From: an uncultured Prevotella sp.
GTDB taxonomy: Bacteria; Bacteroidota; Bacteroidia; Bacteroidales; Bacteroidaceae
Reading direction: 5' to 3'
Length of the DNA: 64,000 nt
NCBI GenBank assembly: GCA_900550365.1
Contig: URRR01000005.1
Span: 40,319-104,318 of the forward strand
Every line of letters begins with the position of its first letter. The first letter of the stretch is position 1. The notes beneath the pieces were generated by a model. The model was given only the letters and a program-made list of their open reading frames with translations, did no database searches and was not told where the DNA came from. Below are positions 57,555 to 64,000 of this stretch, one piece after another. Position numbers and translations under genes: made by a program.

Positions 57555-57585
57555 TTTGCATTTTGCCCGGCTTGCAGTAACTTTG
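57555..57585 (+). promoter_or_regulatory. Bacteroidetes sigma-A promoter for ddh
   Basis: TTTG (57555) + 19 nt + TAACTTTG (57578). Confidence 0.75.
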
Positions 57586-57647
57586 CAATCAAATTAGAGC
57601 ATTTTTGCACGGAAAGAAAACGGATAATATACAAAACTTAAGTAAGA

Positions 57648-58547
57648 ATGAAGAAAATAAGAGCAGCCGTAGTAGGTTACGGCAACATCGGAAAATTCAC
57701 CGTAGAGGCTCTCGAAGCCGCTGAGGACTTTGAGATTGCAGGTATCGTAAGACGTAACGGCGCAGCCGACAAACCTGCCGAACTGGCTCAATATGAGGTG
57801 GTTAAGGACATAACCGAGCTGAAAGACGTTGACGTGGCAATCCTGGCCACACCGACACGAAGCTGTGAGAAGTACGCAACGAAGATTCTGCCGCTGGGCA
57901 TCAACACCGTCGACAGCTTTGACATACATACAAGCATAGCGCAATACCGCGCCAACCTTGACAAAATCTGTAAGGAGCACGGCCGCGTAAGCGTGATTGC
58001 AGCCGGCTGGGACCCGGGCTCTGACAGCGTAGTACGCACTCTGATGCAGAGCCTCGCGCCTAAAGGCCTGAGCTATACCAACTTCGGTCCGGGCATGAGC
58101 ATGGGCCACTCTGTATGCGTCCGCTCAAAGGCCGGCGTCAAGAATGCTCTCTCAATGACTATCCCGAAGGGTGAGGGCATCCACCGCCGCATGGTTTACG
58201 TAGAGCTTGAGGAGGGCGCAAGCCTCGAGGAAGTGACCAAGGCGATAAAGGAAGACCCGTACTTCGCAAGCGACGAGACTTACGTCATACCGGTTAAGAG
58301 CGTTGACGAGGTGCAGGACATGGGCCACGGCGTACACCTCATACGCAAGGGCGTAAGCGGAAAGACGCAGAACCAGCGCTTTGAATTTGACATGAGCATC
58401 AACAACCCGGCACTTACCGGACAGGTGCTCGTCAACGTAGCACGTGCGTCAATGCGCCAGCAGCCGGGCTGCTACACCATGATTGAAATCCCCGTGGTTG
58501 ACCTTCTGCCGGGCGACCGCGACGAGTGGGTGGCTCACCTGGTGTAA
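57648..58547 (+). CDS. ddh: meso-diaminopimelate dehydrogenase
   Basis: VGYGNIG, NTVDSFDIH, AGWDPGSDS, TNFGPGMSMGHS, DPYF, HG and NNPALT. Confidence 0.95.
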   Translation: MKKIRAAVVGYGNIGKFTVEALEAAEDFEIAGIVRRNGAADKPAELAQYEVVKDITELKDVDVAILATPTRSCEKYATKILPLGINTVDSFDIHTSIAQYRANLDKICKEHGRVSVIAAGWDPGSDSVVRTLMQSLAPKGLSYTNFGPGMSMGHSVCVRSKAGVKNALSMTIPKGEGIHRRMVYVELEEGASLEEVTKAIKEDPYFASDETYVIPVKSVDEVQDMGHGVHLIRKGVSGKTQNQRFEFDMSINNPALTGQVLVNVARASMRQQPGCYTMIEIPVVDLLPGDRDEWVAHLV

Positions 58548-58548
58548 T

Positions 58549-58595
58549 TTAAGGGAAAAGTGAAAAACGAAGAGTGAAGAATCGGCTTCGCTCTT
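58549..58595. repeat. AAGTGA(A/G)-family half element
   Basis: ttaagggaaaagtgaaaaacgaagagtgaagaatcggcttcgc; resembles unit 1 of the helicase insertion. Confidence 0.8.
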
Positions 58596-58607
58596 ATCTA
58601 TAAAAAA

Positions 58608-58646
58608 TAAAGCCTTGCAGTCTGAATTATGTACTGCAAGGCTTTG
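58608..58646. terminator. bidirectional terminator
   Basis: aaagccttgcagt...actgcaaggcttt. Confidence 0.8.
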
Positions 58647-58709
58647 TTTAATAAGCTATGAACCTGTTAACTAAACATCATATAAATATATTTGTTGAAA
58701 TTGCCCAAT

Positions 58710-59258
58710 TTATTTAATAGTAAACGCAAATACCCCAGAGTGCGCAGTAGCAATACCGTTCAATAAAGGTAGCAAACAATATTCACCGGCCGGGCCAGTG
58801 ATAGTTATTTCATAAACGTTAGGGCGTATCTGCTTTGTCACAATATTTACATCCTTAGCTTTTTTAGCACCTATAGTGCTGCTGCCTATTATGGAAACAG
58901 TGGAACTGGTTAGATAACGCATTTCCTTTTTTACAGTGAACTTCGCAACACTCAAATCTTTAATCGAATAAGATGGGGTAAACATAAAGTATTTAGCTGC
59001 ATCGTAAGGAGAAGGAACAGCGTAAAACACACGGAATTTTGCCGAATCATTAAAAACCGTCTCACTTGTAGCATTATCAAACTGTAATTTCACTTTTCCA
59101 GAAAATACTGCGCTGCTCATTTTCGTACCTACAGGTTTGGTTATTTCAACACGCTGTACTGAACCATTACAAACCGAGTAAACACCTATACTATCAGTTT
59201 GCGAATAAACAACAGCAGTAAACAAAGTACAAAGAGCAGTTAATATTATCTTTTTCAT
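58710..59258 (-). CDS. AT-rich secreted hypothetical protein
   Basis: MKKIIL signal peptide, 182 aa, visibly AT-rich. Confidence 0.75.
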   Translation of the reverse strand: MKKIILTALCTLFTAVVYSQTDSIGVYSVCNGSVQRVEITKPVGTKMSSAVFSGKVKLQFDNATSETVFNDSAKFRVFYAVPSPYDAAKYFMFTPSYSIKDLSVAKFTVKKEMRYLTSSTVSIIGSSTIGAKKAKDVNIVTKQIRPNVYEITITGPAGEYCLLPLLNGIATAHSGVFAFTIK

Positions 59259-59295
59259 TTCCTAAATTTACAAATATATTTTATGAACTTATATC

Positions 59296-60711
59296 CTACT
59301 CGTCGGGCAGGAATAGCGGGTCTTCGGGCATTACCATTACAGGCTTCTGCTCATACTGCTTCAGCATCTTGGCCGGAACGTACTTTTTATCGACAACGAG
59401 GCGGAACATGTACTCGTTGAACCATTCGTTCGTCATTATAAGACACCCCTTCTGGCCGAACTCCGGGCCCCAGCTGTTCTCCACTTTCCACATCACAGGC
59501 TTGCCGTCTTTATCCAAATCAACGGCCGTAAGGGTCATGGCGTGGGTCGAACCGCTGTCGTATGTCATGATGCGCTGCGCCTTGTCCATGCCGAAATCGG
59601 TGCCGAACAGCGAGCCGTAATCGAAGTTGTTGATGTCGCAATAGCCGCGCTTGCGGTCGAGGAACTTGCCAACGTCGTAAGAACTGTACATCTTGCGGCC
59701 GTCTTTCAGCGAGGCAATGGCCAGACTGGCGATGTCTTCCATCGGCAGGTTAAGGTATTTCCAGTTGGTGCCGTCATACGTGTGGCGGTCGTATTCCACC
59801 TCGTAAGTCTTGTAATACTCGCGCCGCGGGTCGTTCATCACCATTATGAACGAGCCGTAAACAGGCTTGTCGCCCAGTATCTCGGCAGCAAACGTCATGG
59901 GGTTATACGTCTTCGGCCCAGTTACGGTGCGCCCCTGCTTGTTCTTGAAGGCATATGTGAACTCCGTGGGAGGCTCGCCCATGGTGAGCGTAAGCATGCG
60001 GTAAATGGTTGACAGCATCTTTGTCTTCTCGGCCTTGATGTCGGCCTTGCTCTTGCCCTGAGCCACCATGTCGCGCAGTTTCAGGCCGAACTCGCGCAGC
60101 TTTGACTTCATCAGACTTGTAGCCTTTGACGTGTTGTCAGCCGAATAGGTCTCAGGCATCACCTCGGCAGGCACGAGTCCGTACTTTGCCACAAGGTCGG
60201 CAACGCCGCAGTAAGTGCCGCCGTCACTTAAAGGGCTCCTGAAGAAGAAGCGCACACGCTCGTCGTCAATGGGCTTGTCGGCACAGTCGACAACGCCCTG
60301 AAGAAACAGGTTTGCCTTCTCTAGCTGGTCATAGAAGAACAGATAGTCATGAGACAGGTCGACGTTTAGCGAATCGGTACGCTCAGTGAAGCATGAGCGC
60401 AGCACGTTAAAGCCGCTGAACATCCAGCAACGGCCGCTCTGCTTCTGGTCAGTGATGCTCTGCGAAGGCGTCTCCACGCTGAAATACGTGTCCAAAGCGC
60501 CCTTGTTGGCATGATTGGCGGCCAGCGCGTCGATGCTGTTTCCGGCCAGGGCGTTGAACAGGGCACGGTCTGCCGGCGTGCGCTGCTGCGACTGCCTGAT
60601 TTGCTGAAGCATGTCCTTGGATATGCCTCCGTTACTGTCTTGGGCATGGCAGGGCGACAAGACAGCCGCCAACATCATACCCACGGTAATGAAAGTCTTG
60701 GTTTTCGTCAT
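59296..60711 (-). CDS. pepC: C1B family cysteine aminopeptidase (PepC / bleomycin hydrolase-like), exported
   Basis: Signal peptide; DQKQSGRCWMFS, THAM and WKVENSWG. Confidence 0.92.
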   Translation of the reverse strand: MTKTKTFITVGMMLAAVLSPCHAQDSNGGISKDMLQQIRQSQQRTPADRALFNALAGNSIDALAANHANKGALDTYFSVETPSQSITDQKQSGRCWMFSGFNVLRSCFTERTDSLNVDLSHDYLFFYDQLEKANLFLQGVVDCADKPIDDERVRFFFRSPLSDGGTYCGVADLVAKYGLVPAEVMPETYSADNTSKATSLMKSKLREFGLKLRDMVAQGKSKADIKAEKTKMLSTIYRMLTLTMGEPPTEFTYAFKNKQGRTVTGPKTYNPMTFAAEILGDKPVYGSFIMVMNDPRREYYKTYEVEYDRHTYDGTNWKYLNLPMEDIASLAIASLKDGRKMYSSYDVGKFLDRKRGYCDINNFDYGSLFGTDFGMDKAQRIMTYDSGSTHAMTLTAVDLDKDGKPVMWKVENSWGPEFGQKGCLIMTNEWFNEYMFRLVVDKKYVPAKMLKQYEQKPVMVMPEDPLFLPDE

Positions 60712-60851
60712 AATAATAAATAAATGTTTATTGTTCGCAAAATTAATCTTTTTTTATTGAAAAGCTGCCATAAAGACAAGCATTTTACGATACTGAACAT
60801 AAAACGGCAGCCCCCGCAGACAGCGGAGAAATAAAAAATCACAGATTTTAT

Positions 60852-60882
60852 TTTGTTCTTACCTTTGTTTACATTAACTTTG
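60852..60882 (+). promoter_or_regulatory. Bacteroidetes sigma-A promoter for dxs
   Basis: TTTG (60852) + 19 nt + TAACTTTG (60875). Confidence 0.75.
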
Positions 60883-60903
60883 CATTCATATATATTAAAT
60901 GTA

Positions 60904-62826
60904 ATGACTGCTGTTAACAAAGATTTTGCTCTGCTGAACACGATAAAATACCCTGACGACCTGAGGAAACTGAAAGTGGAACAGCTTCCGCAGCTATGCA
61001 AGGAACTGCGTGACGACATCCTGAAAGAGCTGTCGGTCAACCCGGGTCACCTTGCGTCAAGCATGGGAGCGATAGAACTTACAGTAGCGTTGCATTATGT
61101 CTACAACACGCCTGACGACCGGCTGGTTTGGGACGTGGGCCACCAGGCCTACGGACACAAGATACTAACAGGCCGCAAAGACGTATTCTACACCAACCGC
61201 AAGCTGCACGGCATAATGCCGTTCCCCTCTCCTTTAGAGAGCGAATACGACAGCTTCACGTGCGGACATGCGTCAAACTCGATTTCGGCCGCGCTCGGAA
61301 TGGCCGTAGCGGCAAGGAAAACGGGACATAAAGACAGGCACATAGTAGCCATAATAGGCGACGGAGCCATGAGCGGAGGCCTTGCTTTTGAGGGGCTCAA
61401 CAACGTTTCGACAACGCCTAACGACATGCTCATAGTGCTCAACGACAACAACATGAGCATTGACCGCAGCGTAGGCGGACTGAAACAGGCCTTGCTTAAA
61501 CTGAACACCAACGAGACGTATAACCGCATGAGATTCAAGGCGTCACGCTGGCTCAACTCCAAAGGCTACCTGAACGACGACCGCCGCAAAGGCATAATAA
61601 GACTGAACAACGCGCTGAAATCGGCCATAAGCCATCAGCAGAACATATTCGAGGGGCTTAACATAAGATACTTCGGCCCGTTTGACGGGCATAACATTAT
61701 AGAACTTGTGCGCATACTGCGACAGCTTAAGAACATGAAAGGGCCTAAGCTGCTGCACCTGCACACGATAAAAGGTCACGGATACGCCCCCGCGGAAAAG
61801 GCTGCCACGGTATGGCACGCGCCGGGTAAATTCGACATAAGGACGGGCGAGCGCATCGTTTCTGACGAGACGGGCGTGCCGCCGAAGTATCAGACCGTAT
61901 TCGGAGAGACCCTGCTTGAGCTTGCCAAGGCCAACCCGCGCATCGTAGGAGTGACACCGGCCATGCCTACGGGCTGCTCGATGAACATCATGATGAAAGA
62001 GATGCCTGACCGTACGTTTGACGTCGGCATAGCCGAGGGACACGCGGTAACCTTCTCGGCAGGCATGGCAAAGGATGGTCTGCTGCCTTTCTGCAACATT
62101 TACAGCGCCTTTGCCCAGCGCTCATACGACAACATAATACACGACGTGGCCATTCTGAGGCTGCCCGTTGTGCTGTGTCTTGACCGCGCAGGACTTGTAG
62201 GCGAGGACGGCGCGACCCACCACGGCGCGTTTGACATTGCCGCGCTGCGCCCCGTGCCTAACCTTACTATAGCCTCACCGATGAACGAGCACGAGCTGCG
62301 CAACCTTATGTACACCGCCCAACTGGACGGCAAGGGACCGTTCGTGATAAGGTATCCGCGCGGACACGGCGTCCTGACAGACTGGCGGAACAAGTTCGAG
62401 GAGATTAAAATAGGCACCGGCCGTAAACTGAAAGACGGCAAAGGCACGGCCGTACTGACCGTAGGCCCGATAGGCAACAACGCCGCCGAGGCAATAGCCA
62501 AGGTGGAGAAAACGCATGAGGGAGTAAGCATCGCCCACTATGACATGCGCTTCATCAAGCCTCTTGACGAAAACCTGCTCACGGAAATCGGCAGGCAATA
62601 CGACAATATAATAACCGTGGAGGACGGAGTGCGTGCCGGCGGCTTCGGCTCGGCCGTACTTGAATGGATGGAAGACCACGGATATAGACCAAGGATAACG
62701 AGACTCGGACTGCCGGACAGATTCGTTGAACACGGCACTGTTGACGAACTGCAACACATCGTGGGCATTGACACTGACTCGATAGCCCGCAAAATCGAGG
62801 AAACCTCTACCGGAACACATGCTTAA
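60904..62826 (+). CDS. dxs: 1-deoxy-D-xylulose-5-phosphate synthase
   Basis: Start taken at [51 protein letters not shown] and IRYPRG. Confidence 0.98.
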   Translation: MTAVNKDFALLNTIKYPDDLRKLKVEQLPQLCKELRDDILKELSVNPGHLASSMGAIELTVALHYVYNTPDDRLVWDVGHQAYGHKILTGRKDVFYTNRKLHGIMPFPSPLESEYDSFTCGHASNSISAALGMAVAARKTGHKDRHIVAIIGDGAMSGGLAFEGLNNVSTTPNDMLIVLNDNNMSIDRSVGGLKQALLKLNTNETYNRMRFKASRWLNSKGYLNDDRRKGIIRLNNALKSAISHQQNIFEGLNIRYFGPFDGHNIIELVRILRQLKNMKGPKLLHLHTIKGHGYAPAEKAATVWHAPGKFDIRTGERIVSDETGVPPKYQTVFGETLLELAKANPRIVGVTPAMPTGCSMNIMMKEMPDRTFDVGIAEGHAVTFSAGMAKDGLLPFCNIYSAFAQRSYDNIIHDVAILRLPVVLCLDRAGLVGEDGATHHGAFDIAALRPVPNLTIASPMNEHELRNLMYTAQLDGKGPFVIRYPRGHGVLTDWRNKFEEIKIGTGRKLKDGKGTAVLTVGPIGNNAAEAIAKVEKTHEGVSIAHYDMRFIKPLDENLLTEIGRQYDNIITVEDGVRAGGFGSAVLEWMEDHGYRPRITRLGLPDRFVEHGTVDELQHIVGIDTDSIARKIEETSTGTHA

Positions 62827-62855
62827 CGACAAATTTAACAACCGAAAAAGATAAA

Positions 62856-64000
62856 ATGAAAATCATCATTGCAGGCGCTTACGCCATTGGCACGTACCTG
62901 GCCAAACTGCTTTCACGCAACGACCAGGACATTGTCTTGATTGACGAGGATGAGGAACGCCTTAACAATGTAAGCAGCGATTATGACCTGATGACCGTGC
63001 ACGCCTCACCGTCAAGCGTGAAGGCGCTGAAAAACGCGGGCACGGGCAACGCTGACCTGTATATCGGGGTAACACCCGATGAGAACATGAACATGAACAG
63101 TTGCATACTGGCAAAGGCTCTCGGCGTAAAAAAAACCGTGGCCAAGGTAAACAACTATGAGTTCATGAGCCCGGAACTGAAGGAAATATTCAACAAGGTT
63201 GGCATTGACTCGCTTATCTATCCTGAGAACCTGGCGGCCTATGACATCGTCAACGGCCTGAAGATGAGCTGGGTAAGACAACGCTGGGACGTGCATGACG
63301 GCGCGCTCGTAATGCTCGGCATAAAACTGAGAGAGACATGCCAGATACTCGACGAGCCTCTGAAAGACCTCTGCAAACCGGAATCGCCATATCATATCGT
63401 GGCCGTAAAACGTGGTGACGAAACTATAATACCGCGCGGTGACGATGTTCTGAAAACATATGACATGGCCTATTTCATGACCACACGCAACTACATACCC
63501 TACATTAGGAAAATCGTAGGCAAGGAACATTACGTTGACGTGAAGAACGTCATGATAATGGGAGGCGGCAACACGGCGGTAAGAGCGGTACAGATGATGC
63601 CCGAATATATGGGCGCGAAGATTCTGGAGGACGACGAGAAACGCTGTGAACAAATCAACGAGCTGATTGATACGGACAAGGTAATGGTCATTAACGGCGA
63701 CGGACGTGACATCCCGCTGCTTATAGAGGAAGGAATCAAGAACACGCAGGCCTTCGTAGCGCTGACCGGTAACGCCGAGACAAACATCCTGGCATGCCTT
63801 ACGGCCAAACGGCTCGGCGTGCGCAAGACTATCGCAATGGTCGAGAACATCGACTATGTGAAGATGGCGGAGAGCCTTGACATCGGTACCATAATCAACA
63901 AAAAAGCCATAGCGGCAAGCCACATTTATCAGATTATGCTTGACGCCGACGTTAAGAACACGCGATTCCTTATGACCGCAAACGCTGATGTGGCTGAATT
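62856..64000 (+). CDS. trkA: Trk system potassium uptake protein TrkA (3' truncated, absent from ORF track)
   Basis: ATG at 62856 translates MKIIIAGAYAIGTYLAKLLS..DIVLIDED, with a second RCK-N motif NVMIMGGGNTA. The frame runs off the window. Confidence 0.92.
   Translation, partial: MKIIIAGAYAIGTYLAKLLSRNDQDIVLIDEDEERLNNVSSDYDLMTVHASPSSVKALKNAGTGNADLYIGVTPDENMNMNSCILAKALGVKKTVAKVNNYEFMSPELKEIFNKVGIDSLIYPENLAAYDIVNGLKMSWVRQRWDVHDGALVMLGIKLRETCQILDEPLKDLCKPESPYHIVAVKRGDETIIPRGDDVLKTYDMAYFMTTRNYIPYIRKIVGKEHYVDVKNVMIMGGGNTAVRAVQMMPEYMGAKILEDDEKRCEQINELIDTDKVMVINGDGRDIPLLIEEGIKNTQAFVALTGNAETNILACLTAKRLGVRKTIAMVENIDYVKMAESLDIGTIINKKAIAASHIYQIMLDADVKNTRFLMTANADVAE

Noticed and set aside
63012..63923. 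303-aa minus-strand ORF
   Set aside because: Antisense shadow of trkA, which the ORF track missed because it runs off the window.

Overview
This is a mostly housekeeping stretch of a Bacteroidales chromosome, most likely Prevotellaceae. The assignment rests on the TAnnTTTG promoters, the ruvA-sprA and etfB-etfA-acyl-CoA dehydrogenase synteny, and ddh. Recognisable genes are meaB, ispH, xpt, ino1, a PatB/MalY lyase, murF, etfAB with an acyl-CoA dehydrogenase, dnaG, cls, rsmD, a RecD2-like helicase, rmuC, an OmpR/PhoB-type two-component system, nhaD, the rhamnose genes (rhaBAT, an inverted rhaD and an AraC regulator), the T9SS translocon sprA, ruvA, ddh, pepC, dxs and a partial trkA. No rRNA, tRNA, transposase, integrase or cas gene was recognised. 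The unusual part is the non-coding DNA. (1) A four-helix-bundle (23S rRNA intervening-sequence-protein family) gene sits inside the etf operon between inverted purine-rich short-repeat arms. Related gene-less repeat hairpins are scattered across the window, and one is a 327-bp in-frame palindromic insertion inside the RecD2-like helicase. Together these are the best candidate for an undescribed mobile or RNA-level system. (2) About ten REP-like AAAAGACGGCCTTTT clusters occur, two of which bracket an AT-rich S41 peptidase gene as a 54-bp direct repeat. (3) An 88-bp-period structured repeat carries the murF promoter motif. (4) A 180-bp MITE sits at the rhaT/rhaD junction. (5) A probable unannotated 6S-like RNA lies in a 1.3-kb intergenic gap. 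All family assignments come from motif recognition by eye; no database search was run.
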